Shown here one piece after another: positions 1-11,391 of a stretch of DNA of 39,355 bases. A program made the translations under genes and the position numbers. The notes beneath the pieces are model-generated. The model was not told the origin of the DNA and searched no databases. It was given only the letters and a program-made list of their open reading frames with translations. How positions within the stretch are numbered: the stretch's first letter is position 1; every line of letters begins with the position of its first letter. Origin of the DNA: Deinococcales bacterium (GTDB lineage: Bacteria; Deinococcota; Deinococci; Deinococcales; JAAFIG01); contig JAYWGM010000021.1 in assembly GCA_043778225.1 (NCBI GenBank), positions 1 through 39,355 on the forward strand, read 5' to 3'.

Positions 1-32
1 CGCCGTAATGAGCGCGAGTAGCCCGTGAGGTG

Positions 33-99
33 CTATTTTACGAGCAAGAACAGAATTGCCGCTTTTTGAAAATTCTAAAATGTAGGCGGGAGATACTTA
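33..99. repeat. Diverged copy of a short intergenic repeat element (inverted relative to the copy at 2167-2235)
   Basis: 53-99 matches the reverse complement of 2167-2213 at 39/47 nt and ends in GGCGGGAGATACTTA. Its last three bases are the stop codon of the 97-357 gene. Confidence 0.6.
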
Positions 100-357
100 G
101 CTTTTGGCTTTGAACAATCCCAAAGCCTGAGCGCCATAGACCACGCCAGCCCCAGCCGCCGCAACAATCGCAATTTGCCCAATAAATGCCAACAGTCCAG
201 CCACAATAGGGGCGAGTATAATGTTTGCCAGCACGCCAGCCACCGCTCCACCGACCACGGCAATGCCAAGGTGTTGTGGGTTTGAGAGCTTCATTTGCAG
301 CATTGCCAGAGCGATACCAGCCCCAGCCCCAATCAGAATTGCAAGTATGATATTCAT
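97..357 (-). CDS. Small membrane protein, GlsB/YeaQ/YmgE (transglycosylase-associated)-like
   Basis: 86 aa with three Gly/Ala-rich hydrophobic helices (ILIGAGAGIAL, IAVVGGAVAG); GGAGG Shine-Dalgarno just upstream on the - strand. Confidence 0.7.
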   Translation of the reverse strand: MNIILAILIGAGAGIALAMLQMKLSNPQHLGIAVVGGAVAGVLANIILAPIVAGLLAFIGQIAIVAAAGAGVVYGAQALGLFKAKS

Positions 358-437
358 AGATAACCTCCATTACACAATATGCTGTTTTTGGTGAGAAAGT
401 TCCATATCTCGTTTGGTCTCGCCTGTTAGCATACGCC

Positions 438-2140
<1,703 letters not shown>

Positions 2141-2166
2141 TTAAAAAGAAGGGCGACGTGACCCGT

Positions 2167-2304
2167 TAAGTATCTACCGCCTTTGTTTTAGATTTTTCAA
2201 AATACGGCAAATCCGTCACTTCGGCGGTAGATACGCTGTCCTTACTCCTTCTAGTCGCAAAATGTTTTAGGAAAAACACCTAAAACATTTCGGGGAGATA
2301 CTTA
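2167..2304. repeat. Composite palindromic (MITE/REP-like) element in the lysY-pilB intergenic region
   Basis: GTATCTACCGCC (2170-2181) is a perfect inverted repeat of GGCGGTAGATAC (2223-2234). A second hairpin AAATGTTTTAGG..CCTAAAACATTT spans 2260-2290. The right end GGGGAGATACTTA is inverted to the left end TAAGTATCT. Confidence 0.6.
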
Positions 2305-2398
2305 GCGTAAGTTTGTTGTGACACCAAACGGTAAAAATGGGCTAGACTGTAGCGTATCAAAGTTTTGTGACCGCCCAAAGCGGTAAGCAAGGGGGACT

Positions 2399-5068
2399 AT
2401 GCCCGTACTATCAATTGGAGACAGACGACTCGGAGCCATACTTTTACAACTTGGTTATGTATCAGATACCGATTTGCAACGCGCCTTAGAAAAACACTCA
2501 GAATTGGGCGGACGTTTAGCCGATATTCTGATTGATAACGGCATTGTCAACGAACGCCGCATTGCTCGAGCCATCGAGGACGAACTTGGCTATCCTTTGG
2601 TCAATTTGGTGCTGCTCGAGCCAGAACCAGAAGTGACTTCTTTAATAGATGGCAACCGCGCCCAAGAACTGATGGCGTTTCCATTTAAGCTTGAGAATGG
2701 CAAATTGCGGGTGGCATTTGTTGACCCACTGAACACCATGGCAATCGAAGCCATCGAAGATGCCACCGATTGTGTGGTTGACCCGCATCAAGCCCTGCGT
2801 GACCATGTGAAATGGGCAATTGCGACCTATTACCCAGAACTAGGTCTCGAGATTCCAGACATCGGTAAACTGTCTAGCCCCGAAGAAGAGCGACTTGGCA
2901 ACCGTTTGGCACGTAAAGGCATCATTACTAACCAGCAACTCGAGGAAGCGCTGGCACTGCAAGAACCCAACGGTGAGCCTTTGGGTAAAATTTTATTGCG
3001 TTTGGGCTATTTACCAGAAGTTGAATTGTTTCGCGCCCTTGCCGAGCAAATTAACGCGCCATTTATCGAGGACAGCATTTCCTTAAATGTTCCCGAGGAA
3101 GTCTCGAGTTTACTGTTGCGCTCGGATGCTTTGCGTTTTCAGGCGGTGCCGATTGCCGACGACGGTACAACGATTACCGTGGTTTGCCCAGAACCCAAAC
3201 GCCAGCCTGATATTCAAGCCCTGTTCAAAAAGCAAGTGCGAATTTCGATGATGACCCCGACCCATGTTGAATCCTTAATCGAACGGATTTATCAATTTAA
3301 GGGTCAGATTGGAGTCAGTCTGGTCGAAGCAGGTAAAATTAACCGCGAGCAATTAGCCGAAGCCTTAAAAATCCAGCGTAAAGAGGGCAAATCTAAACCC
3401 CTCGGTGAAGTCTTGGTCGAGTTGGGTTATGCCAGTTCCGACGAGGTTGAACGCGCCCTTGCCAAACAAAAAACAGGTGGTGGACGGCTCGAGGATACCT
3501 TGGTGCAGTCGGGTAAACTCTCGCCCGAAATGCTGGCGAAATCCTTGGCGGTGCAATTGGGATACGAATTTGTCAATCCCGGACAAGATGCCCCAGACCC
3601 CGGGGTGATTACTTTAATCCCAGAAAATCAAGCGCGGCGCTATACGCTGTTTCCCTACAAAATGAATGGCAACGTGCTGCAAGTCTTGATGAAAGACCCA
3701 CGCAATGTCTTTGCGATTGACGACCTCAAACTGATGACTGGGCGGGAAATCATGCCGGTCGTTGCCATCGAAGCCGATATTCAAAAATTGATTGACCGCG
3801 CTTATGGCGCTTCTGGAATCAATGCCGATGAACTCAATAAAGAACTGGCGGCACTTGGGGCTGGTGGCAGTGGTAAAATTGAAGAAATAGACTCGAGCCT
3901 TGACGACAACGCCGTGGTGCGAACCGTAGACCATGTGATTCGTGAAGCCATTTTGGCAGAAGCCTCGGATATTCACATCGAGCCAAGCCCAGACATGGTG
4001 CGGGTGCGTTTTCGGATTGATGGTGCGCTCAAAGAAATCACCACCCTGCCAAGGGCAAGCGCCAACAGCATTGCGGCTCGTATTAAAATCATGGGTGGCT
4101 TGGACATTGCCGAGCGCCGAGTTCCACAAGACGGTCGGGTTAGCTTTAAGTCCAAGGGCATCAATTGCGATTTGCGGCTTAGTACCTTGCCGGTCAAATA
4201 CGGCGAAAAAATCGTGATGCGTATTTTACAAAAAGCTACGAACATTCCCGAAATCGAAGACTTGGGTTTCTCGGACTACAACTTGGAGCGCTACAAAGAC
4301 CTTATTCAAGAACCTTATGGCATTTTCCTGATTACTGGTCCGACGGGTTCGGGTAAGTCCTACACCACCTTCTCGAGCCTCAAGCGCATTGCTACCCCGG
4401 ATATTAACGTCACAACCATCGAAGACCCAATCGAGTACGAGATTCCCGGACTTAACCAATCCCAAGTCAACAATGCCGCCGGTATGACTTTTGCTCGAGC
4501 GCTGCGCTCGTTCTTGCGTCAAGACCCAGACATTATTATGGTCGGTGAGATTCGTGACACCGAAACCGCCAAAATTGCGGTCGAGGCTGCCCTGACTGGA
4601 CATTTGGTTGTGGGGACGCTGCACACCAACGACGCGGCGGGTGCGGTCACGAGGCTCGAGGAAATGGGGGTCGAGCTTTTCAATGTTTCAGCTTCTTTGG
4701 TTGGTGTACTGGCACAGCGCTTGGTGCGAAAAGTCTGTAAGGACTGCAAACAAGAACTGCCAGCCGACCCCGATGTCTTGCGCCGTCTTGGGGTCAAGGA
4801 CGAACAACTGGTCGGGCGTACCATCGTTAAGGGTTTAGGCTGTAACAAATGCGGCGATTCTGGCTACAAAGGTCGTATGGCAATCCATGAACTGTTGGTG
4901 GTCAACGATGATGTTCGTAAAGCGATTATCGAACACAAAACTTCGACTGAAATTCGCCAGATTGCTCGAGAAAAAGCGGGGCTGGTGACGTTGATGGAAG
5001 ACGCACTCGAGAAAGCCTTGCAAGGAAAAACCACACTCGAAGAAATTGCCAGCATGATTTCGGAATAA
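2399..5068 (+). CDS. pilB: Type IV pilus/DNA-uptake assembly ATPase (PilB; Thermus PilF type) with repeated N-terminal GSPII/MshEN domains
   Basis: Repeated RLGxxLxxxG motifs in the N-terminal half, ASDIHIEP, GPTGSGKS Walker A, TIEDPIEY, LRQDPDIIMVGEIRD, TLHTND, and CKDC..CNKC zinc motif. Confidence 0.95.
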   Translation: MPVLSIGDRRLGAILLQLGYVSDTDLQRALEKHSELGGRLADILIDNGIVNERRIARAIEDELGYPLVNLVLLEPEPEVTSLIDGNRAQELMAFPFKLENGKLRVAFVDPLNTMAIEAIEDATDCVVDPHQALRDHVKWAIATYYPELGLEIPDIGKLSSPEEERLGNRLARKGIITNQQLEEALALQEPNGEPLGKILLRLGYLPEVELFRALAEQINAPFIEDSISLNVPEEVSSLLLRSDALRFQAVPIADDGTTITVVCPEPKRQPDIQALFKKQVRISMMTPTHVESLIERIYQFKGQIGVSLVEAGKINREQLAEALKIQRKEGKSKPLGEVLVELGYASSDEVERALAKQKTGGGRLEDTLVQSGKLSPEMLAKSLAVQLGYEFVNPGQDAPDPGVITLIPENQARRYTLFPYKMNGNVLQVLMKDPRNVFAIDDLKLMTGREIMPVVAIEADIQKLIDRAYGASGINADELNKELAALGAGGSGKIEEIDSSLDDNAVVRTVDHVIREAILAEASDIHIEPSPDMVRVRFRIDGALKEITTLPRASANSIAARIKIMGGLDIAERRVPQDGRVSFKSKGINCDLRLSTLPVKYGEKIVMRILQKATNIPEIEDLGFSDYNLERYKDLIQEPYGIFLITGPTGSGKSYTTFSSLKRIATPDINVTTIEDPIEYEIPGLNQSQVNNAAGMTFARALRSFLRQDPDIIMVGEIRDTETAKIAVEAALTGHLVVGTLHTNDAAGAVTRLEEMGVELFNVSASLVGVLAQRLVRKVCKDCKQELPADPDVLRRLGVKDEQLVGRTIVKGLGCNKCGDSGYKGRMAIHELLVVNDDVRKAIIEHKTSTEIRQIAREKAGLVTLMEDALEKALQGKTTLEEIASMISE

Positions 5069-5074
5069 TTTTGC

Positions 5075-5105
5075 AGCCCAGCGAGTTTGGTCGCTGGGCT
5101 TTTTT
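5075..5105 (+). terminator. Rho-independent terminator of pilB
   Basis: 10-bp stem AGCCCAGCGA / TCGCTGGGCT followed by a T run, 6 nt after the stop codon. Confidence 0.85.
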
Positions 5106-5142
5106 ATGTCGCCCTGTTTTGGGGTAGACTCAGGGCGGGAAT

Positions 5143-7977
5143 ATGACCGCCACTGCTGTCACATCTGTTTTTTTGTCGGCACTCGGAAACGCCAAACTCG
5201 AGCCGCAAAAATTCGGTCGCCCCAAGGCAGTCGCATTTTTAACCTATTTATTGCTCGAGGGGCGGCAAAATCGGCAGTTTATGGCAGATTTATTTTGGTC
5301 AGATGCCGCCAACCCACTCAGCAGTTTACGCAATCAGGTCTTGCAACTTCGCCCTTTTGTGGGCGATGCCTTGGTGGTCAGCCGTCAGTTTATTGAATTC
5401 AATGCCTCGTGTGATGTCTTTGAAATGTTGCAATTGCTCGAGTCTGGGCAGTTACAAGCTGCCATAGATGGCTACCAAGGTGATTTTTTGGCAGGTTTTA
5501 GTCCGCCAGCCAATTCTGAACTCGAGCTTTGGCTATTCAGTACCCGAAAATTCTTAAAGCGCCATATTTTGGAAGCGCACCTCAAATTAGCCGAAAGCGA
5601 GACGCAACAAGAACCAATTCTGGCGAAGGCATTTTTGGTTTTGAATCCTGCCGACCACAGCTTACGGCGTTGGCTCGAAGCCCAAGTCAAAGAACTCGAG
5701 CAAAGAAACGAACTAAAACGAACTCGAGTTGCGCCACACAACTTACCGCCCATCGGCAACGAATTTATTGGTCGCAACCACGAAATCAGCGCCATTCTCG
5801 AGCGTTTCCAAAACCAAGCCCAACTGATAACTTTGCTTGGCTTTGGTGGCATCGGCAAAACACGGCTATCGCTCGAGACTGCCCGTTGTGCCTTGCAGCT
5901 TCAGATGTATTTGGATGGAATCTATTTTGTGGCGCTCGAGACGGCTTTTACCGAGACCGATTTACTGACTCGTTTGGTAGTTGCGTTGCAAATTTCTATC
6001 CAAAACACTAGACCCTTACTCGAGCAAATAAAAACCCACATCGGCAACCAGTTCATGCTGCTGCTGCTTGATAACCTCGAGCAACTGACCGAACAAACAC
6101 CAATTCTTGCCGAAATTCTTGAGCATTGCCCAAATCTGCGTTTACTCTGTACCAGCCGTGAAGTGCTGGGATTAAGTGCCGAACACGTTTACCCAATTGC
6201 TGGACTCGAGACCAACGATGTTTTGGGTGGCGCAGTACAACTGTTTATGATTCGGGCGGCTCAAGACTTTTCGGGTTCTGAACAAGCCCAAATCCTGAGT
6301 CTGTGCCAATTGCTCCAAGGTGTGCCGCTTGCGATCGAATTGGCTGTGCCGCAACTCCAAAGTTTTAGCTTGGCGCAGTTACAAACAGTTCTCGAGCAAA
6401 GTCTGGACACATTGCAAAACAGCCATCCAGACTTACCCGAACGCCAACGCAGCCTTCGTGCGGTTTTTTTGCATTCATGGGGATTGCTTGGACAAACCGA
6501 AAGCCAAGCCTTGCGCCGTATGGCAATTTTTAAGAATGGCGCAAACCGCACTGCTTTACGAGCGGTTGGCGAAATCGGTTTAGCCCAAATTGCCCAACTG
6601 ATAGATAAATCCTTGGTGCAACGCAGCGAACAACGCTATACGATTCATCCGCTTATTCTCGAGTACACGCTTGAATTATTGCGGGCTGATGTAGAATTCC
6701 CGCAAATTCTCGAGCAACACGCGATTTATTTTTTAGACCAAACGGCTGGCGAAATGCCAAAAATTCGTGGTGCAGAAGCGGTTAGCGCCATGCAGAAAAT
6801 CGAAGCCGACTACAATAATTTAGAAGCCGCATGGGCGTGGGCGCTCGAGCATCAGGATTTTGTGCGGGTGGCAGCGCTCGAGGAAATGGTGGTGTTTTTT
6901 GACCAGAAAGCCTTGTTTTTGCAGGGAATAGCATTTTTTGAAGAAGCCAACCAAGCCTTCAAAAATGCCCAGAATCAGGCTTTACTGTTAAGCGGAATTG
7001 CAATTGGCATTGCATGGTTACATTTTCGTTTGGGGAATGCTGAGAAAGCAAAAATGTATGGTGAATATGCGGTCGAGTACGCTAAAAGTGAGCCAATTTT
7101 AGGGAAAAATAATCTGTCTAAGGCATTTAATATTTTAGGAAACATTGCATCATTAGATTATGAACACACAACAGCACTAAATTATTTTGAAGAGGCTGTC
7201 CGATATTGTGATGCCGACAATCTTAAAATTAGAAAGGCAACGCTTCTTATAAGAATAGCTGGAGTTTATCGAGAACTTGAAGATTTTGAAGAGTTTTGGA
7301 ATGTGTGGGAATCTGCTCACTTTTTGAATCAAGAACTTAATATTGACAATATAAAAGTCTTATTGATAATAGAAAAGGCAAACTTCTTACTTTATTATGT
7401 TCCGAGAGAAGAAATCACAAAGTTTATTCCTGAAATGACTCAAGTTTATTACTCAACACAAAACTCTTCTATTTATAGCCAGCCTTATTTTGAAATTTTA
7501 ATTTGTCAGTATTTCTTAGTCATAGAAGATTTGAAAAAAGCTGAATTTTGGCTTCAGAAATTCATTCTGCGAAATATATCTCAAACAAATTCTGCACTCT
7601 ACTTATTTTCACAATCATTGCTTGGAAAAATTGAAATGCTTAAAGGGAATCAGAATACCGCTAAGGATGTATTGACTGGAATTCTTTTTGTTAAGTATGA
7701 AAGACAAAGTATTTTGACACTCTTTATAACTTTGGTTAATCTAATAGACCTAATTCCAAAGGTGTACCGAAATGATTTATGGGACTTATTAAAACTGGTC
7801 ATCGCTCATAAAGCAATGACCAAGCGAAGGATTTTTGTTAAGCAGTTTTTGATTGACCAATCGCTGTACTTGGAGATTGATTCTATCCAAGAGACTTCTG
7901 ACCAGCAAATAGAATCTGCTCAACTGCGTTTTACCAACAAATTACGGACCGCCATTATAACCAGTAGGGTCAGCTAG
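5143..7977 (+). CDS. AfsR/SARP-like STAND NTPase: N-terminal wHTH/partial BTAD, NB-ARC ATPase, C-terminal TPR-like helices
   Basis: KAVAFLTYL..R..MADLFW (SARP N-terminus), YQGDFLAGF, HNLP..FIGR, GFGGIGKT Walker A, LLLLDNLEQL Walker B, TSRE, GVPLAIELA and RQRSLRAVF..SW motifs. Confidence 0.85.
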   Translation: MTATAVTSVFLSALGNAKLEPQKFGRPKAVAFLTYLLLEGRQNRQFMADLFWSDAANPLSSLRNQVLQLRPFVGDALVVSRQFIEFNASCDVFEMLQLLESGQLQAAIDGYQGDFLAGFSPPANSELELWLFSTRKFLKRHILEAHLKLAESETQQEPILAKAFLVLNPADHSLRRWLEAQVKELEQRNELKRTRVAPHNLPPIGNEFIGRNHEISAILERFQNQAQLITLLGFGGIGKTRLSLETARCALQLQMYLDGIYFVALETAFTETDLLTRLVVALQISIQNTRPLLEQIKTHIGNQFMLLLLDNLEQLTEQTPILAEILEHCPNLRLLCTSREVLGLSAEHVYPIAGLETNDVLGGAVQLFMIRAAQDFSGSEQAQILSLCQLLQGVPLAIELAVPQLQSFSLAQLQTVLEQSLDTLQNSHPDLPERQRSLRAVFLHSWGLLGQTESQALRRMAIFKNGANRTALRAVGEIGLAQIAQLIDKSLVQRSEQRYTIHPLILEYTLELLRADVEFPQILEQHAIYFLDQTAGEMPKIRGAEAVSAMQKIEADYNNLEAAWAWALEHQDFVRVAALEEMVVFFDQKALFLQGIAFFEEANQAFKNAQNQALLLSGIAIGIAWLHFRLGNAEKAKMYGEYAVEYAKSEPILGKNNLSKAFNILGNIASLDYEHTTALNYFEEAVRYCDADNLKIRKATLLIRIAGVYRELEDFEEFWNVWESAHFLNQELNIDNIKVLLIIEKANFLLYYVPREEITKFIPEMTQVYYSTQNSSIYSQPYFEILICQYFLVIEDLKKAEFWLQKFILRNISQTNSALYLFSQSLLGKIEMLKGNQNTAKDVLTGILFVKYERQSILTLFITLVNLIDLIPKVYRNDLWDLLKLVIAHKAMTKRRIFVKQFLIDQSLYLEIDSIQETSDQQIESAQLRFTNKLRTAIITSRVS

Positions 7978-8081
7978 GGTGACTCCTAGCAAGTTGGATG
8001 CTCCAAACATCAAAGTAAGTACAGCTAAGACGATGACAAAAGGCTTTGTGAGTTGCATGAGAATTGATTTCAAATTTTTCA

Positions 8082-8123
8082 TAAACACCTCCTTCGGCTA
8101 AGTATAGCCGAAGGAGGTGTTTA
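8082..8123. terminator. Long perfect hairpin, likely a bidirectional terminator between convergent genes
   Basis: 19-bp perfect stem TAAACACCTCCTTCGGCTA / TAGCCGAAGGAGGTGTTTA with a 4-nt loop. Confidence 0.75.
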
Positions 8124-8183
8124 CTTGCAAACTTTATCAACTGCAAAAAGAGCCTACTTTCCCATGAAAACTTGCCAATAGTT

Positions 8184-8630
8184 TTAAGGTCCACCTCCAA
8201 GGGTTGTCGGGTCGCCAATATCATCCCCAGTTTTCGCAACTGGTAACTCGAGCAATTCGCCTTTGACCGAAACCAATTCAAATTGCCCCTCCACTGGGTT
8301 CATCGCTCCTGCGGCTTCGCCCGGAATCACATAAAGCCACCAGCCTTTGTACACCACTTGTTGCTGGGCTTTGTCGGGGCTGCCACCTCGAGTGATCGTG
8401 CTTAAATCGCTTTGGTCAACGCCACTTCCTGCTTTGGGTATGCCAATTAGCGGCATCCATTGCAAAATAAATTCCTGCATATAACCGGGGAAACTGCTGC
8501 CCCACGGGATATATTTGTGAAATGGGTCGGTTTGCATTGGGCGGTACAAGTAAATGGTTTGGTTTGCGCTGGTCACCAAATGCGTGCCGTCGCTCGAGAC
8601 TTCTATAATTACCGTTGCTGGGTCTGCCAT
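8184..8630 (-). CDS. Hypothetical protein resembling COG4315 (Yx(F/W/Y)xxD secreted-repeat, Lipoprotein_15-like)
   Basis: GTHLV..NQTIYLY, WMPL, LSTITR.G..QQVVYKGWWLY pattern; GAGG SD before the ATG; no signal peptide. Confidence 0.6.
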   Translation of the reverse strand: MADPATVIIEVSSDGTHLVTSANQTIYLYRPMQTDPFHKYIPWGSSFPGYMQEFILQWMPLIGIPKAGSGVDQSDLSTITRGGSPDKAQQQVVYKGWWLYVIPGEAAGAMNPVEGQFELVSVKGELLELPVAKTGDDIGDPTTLGGGP

Positions 8631-8685
8631 GTGTCACCTCGGGGTACATAGACAGTCTAGCACATTGTTCTGGTATGCTTTAACA

Positions 8686-10023
8686 ATGAATTTTGAAAAA
8701 GCCAAACAAGAATTGCTCGAATGGCTGGCAATTCCAAGTGTCAGCACCCTTTCCGAATGCGCCCCAGATATTCGCCGTGCAGCCGACTATCTGCATCAAA
8801 AACTGCTCGGTCTGGGGCTACAATCCAGCATCCTCGAGACGGCTGGGCATCCTGTGGTTTATGCCGAATCCTTGCACGATGCGGCGGTTACAGTTTTGCT
8901 CTATGGGCATTACGATGTTCAGCCAACCGACCCAGACAACGAATGGCTAACAGCCCCATTTGCACCTGACATCCGCGATGGGGCAATTTATGCACGTGGC
9001 AGCACCGACGACAAAGGGCAAGTCTGGGCGCACGTTGCGGCGCTCGAGCATCATCTGAGTACCTATGGCAAGTTGCCCGTCAATCTTAAAATTTTAATCG
9101 AAGGCGAAGAAGAAATTGGCAGCCCTAACCTTAAAGCCTTTGTTCTCGAGAATGCCAACAAACTGGCTGCTGATGTGGTTGTAATTTCCGATGGCAGTAT
9201 GTTTGCGCCGGGCGTGCCAACCCTGACCACAGGCTTACGTGGTTTGTGTTATCTCGAGGTTCATGTGCAGGGCGCAAAACAAGATTTGCACTCTGGCGGT
9301 TTTGGTGGCGCGGTGGCGAACCCAATTCAGGCGTTGGCACAAATCATTCAAAGCCTACGCAATGGCAACGGCGAAATTATCATTCCGGGCATTTATGACG
9401 ATGTGCGCCCTGTGCCACCCGCCGAACTCGAGGGCTGGCAGAGCTTGCCTTTTGATGAAGCTGCCTTAATGAAAAGCGTCGGTGTGACTGCCTTGCCCGG
9501 CGAACCAAATTACAGTGTTCTCGAGCGGCTTTGGGCGCGTCCAACGCTTGAAATCAATGGCATTTGGGGCGGTTTTAGTGGCGAAGGACAAAAAACTGTG
9601 CTGCCCGCTAAGGCTGGCGCAAAAATCAGTCTGCGGCTTGTGCCAGACCAAGCCCCGGACCAAATTTTTGAATTGGTCAAAAATCATATTCTGGGTCTCG
9701 AGCTTCCCGGCATGACCGTGACGGTCAAAAAATTACACACCGGCAACCCAGCTTTGGTGGACTCGAGCAGCCCTGCCGCACTGGCTGCTATAGCCGCATT
9801 GTCTCGAGCTTACCCCAATGTCAAGCCGTCTTTGGTGCGGACTGGTGGCACAATTCCAGTCGTTTCGGTTTTCCGTGAGGTCTTAAATGCGCCAGTTTTG
9901 TTGGTGGATTATGGTTTGCCGGACGACGGAGCGCATGGACCAAACGAACGCTTTACGCTCGAGTGTTTTGAAAAAGGCATCGAGACCAGTATTTACTTGT
10001 ACGAGGAGTTGGCAAAACTCTAG
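8686..10023 (+). CDS. M20 family metallo-dipeptidase
   Basis: YGHYDVQP, ARGSTDDKGQ, EGEEEIGS, DLHSG and HGPNE motifs. Start moved to ATG 8686, 6 nt after a TATGCT -10 box. Confidence 0.92.
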   Translation: MNFEKAKQELLEWLAIPSVSTLSECAPDIRRAADYLHQKLLGLGLQSSILETAGHPVVYAESLHDAAVTVLLYGHYDVQPTDPDNEWLTAPFAPDIRDGAIYARGSTDDKGQVWAHVAALEHHLSTYGKLPVNLKILIEGEEEIGSPNLKAFVLENANKLAADVVVISDGSMFAPGVPTLTTGLRGLCYLEVHVQGAKQDLHSGGFGGAVANPIQALAQIIQSLRNGNGEIIIPGIYDDVRPVPPAELEGWQSLPFDEAALMKSVGVTALPGEPNYSVLERLWARPTLEINGIWGGFSGEGQKTVLPAKAGAKISLRLVPDQAPDQIFELVKNHILGLELPGMTVTVKKLHTGNPALVDSSSPAALAAIAALSRAYPNVKPSLVRTGGTIPVVSVFREVLNAPVLLVDYGLPDDGAHGPNERFTLECFEKGIETSIYLYEELAKL

Positions 10024-11297
10024 TTTGCCAATTTCTTTAGCACATCCCAGAATTCTGGAAAGGTCTTGCTGGTGCATTTTGGGTCAAGAATCGTTACACC
10101 CTGTTGCTTAATCCCAATCAGAGCAAAACTCATTGCCATGCGGTGGTCATCGTAAGTTTCGACTCGAGCAGGCTTTATTGTACCGGGGTAAATCGTAAAA
10201 CCATCGGCTTCTTCGGTGGCGCGAATTCCTAGGCGCTGCATTTCGATCACCACTGCACCAATACGGTCGGTTTCTTTTTTACGAATAAATCCAATGCCGG
10301 TTACTTTGGTTGGGCGGTCAGCAAAAATCGCCACGGCTGCTAAAGTTTGGGCAGTGTCGGAAATTTGGCTCATATTGACTTCCTCGAGTCCGCGCAGTTT
10401 AGCTGTGCCGATGACTTGGGTTTGGTTGGCATCAATCCGAACTGTACAGCCCATTTGCTCGAGAACCCGCACAAAGCCTAGATCGCCCTGCAAACTGTTG
10501 CTGCCTAAGCCCGGCACGGTGACACGTCCGTTGCTAATCGCGGCAGCAGCAAATAAATAACTGGCAGCACTGGCATCTGGTTCGACTTGGTAGGTTGTGG
10601 GCAGATACCGACTTGGTGCAACCACAAAGCGCTCAAAGTTGTGGTTCTCGAGCCTGACACCAAAGGCTTGCATCGCTTGGGCAGTCACCTCGAGATAGGG
10701 CTTAGAGACCAAATCACCTTCAACAATTAACTCTAAGCCATGTTCAAAGTATGGTGCGCTCATCAATAATCCACTTAAATACTGGCTCGAGAGGTCGCCA
10801 CGAATTTTGACACTGCCACCGCGAATGCCGTGTGCGGCAATCCGAAGCGGTGGGCAGCCAGTCTCACTCGAGACATCGCCACCAAGCTGGTTAAGCGCCT
10901 CGATTAAAGGCTGAATCGGGCGCAGCCGCATTGCCTCGATACCATCTATGGTGTATTCAGATTGTCCAAGGGCAACCAACGGGGCTAAAAATCTGGCGCT
11001 TGTACCTGAATTGCCAATAAAAAGTGCTTGGCTCGAGGCTTGTAATTTTCCGCCAGTGCCAGAGACCACAAAACGCTGTTGGGCTTCTTGTTCCAGAACG
11101 CCAACCCCAAGCTGACGCAGGGCTTGAGCCATGTACTTGGTGTCGTCGCTAAAAAGCGCTCCCTCGAGGATGCTTTCGCCGCTACACAAGGCTGCCAATG
11201 GCAAAACGCGGTTGGTGTAGCTTTTTGAGCCGGGTGGTGCGACAATGGCATCTACAGGCTTTGTGAAGGGGTGAATCTCAAGGGCATCTGGTAACAT
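10020..11297 (-). CDS. aroA: 3-phosphoshikimate 1-carboxyvinyltransferase (EPSP synthase)
   Basis: PGSKSYTNR, GNSGTSARF, SSQYLSGLL, KETDRI and DDHRMAMSF motifs. Start placed at ATG 11297 (MLPDAL), 7 nt after TATCCT. Confidence 0.95.
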   Translation of the reverse strand: MLPDALEIHPFTKPVDAIVAPPGSKSYTNRVLPLAALCSGESILEGALFSDDTKYMAQALRQLGVGVLEQEAQQRFVVSGTGGKLQASSQALFIGNSGTSARFLAPLVALGQSEYTIDGIEAMRLRPIQPLIEALNQLGGDVSSETGCPPLRIAAHGIRGGSVKIRGDLSSQYLSGLLMSAPYFEHGLELIVEGDLVSKPYLEVTAQAMQAFGVRLENHNFERFVVAPSRYLPTTYQVEPDASAASYLFAAAAISNGRVTVPGLGSNSLQGDLGFVRVLEQMGCTVRIDANQTQVIGTAKLRGLEEVNMSQISDTAQTLAAVAIFADRPTKVTGIGFIRKKETDRIGAVVIEMQRLGIRATEEADGFTIYPGTIKPARVETYDDHRMAMSFALIGIKQQGVTILDPKCTSKTFPEFWDVLKKLAN

Positions 11298-11363
11298 TGT
11301 GAGTAGGATAACAGAGAAAAGGGGAAAGAGAAAAGAGCAAAGCCAAAATGAAAATCGGTTCAA

Positions 11364-11391
11364 CCGTAGGGGCGAGGTACGCCTCGCCTCT
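11364..11391 (+). repeat. GTAG-type REP-like palindrome
   Basis: CCGTAGGGGCGAGG-TACG-CCTCGCCTCT, nearly identical to the reverse complement of 29922-29952. Confidence 0.7.

Noticed and set aside
8686..10023. M20 peptidase as LysK of the LysW pathway
   Set aside because: Its length (~445 aa) and HYDVQP/DLHSG motifs fit the dipeptidase subfamily rather than the shorter ArgE-like LysK.
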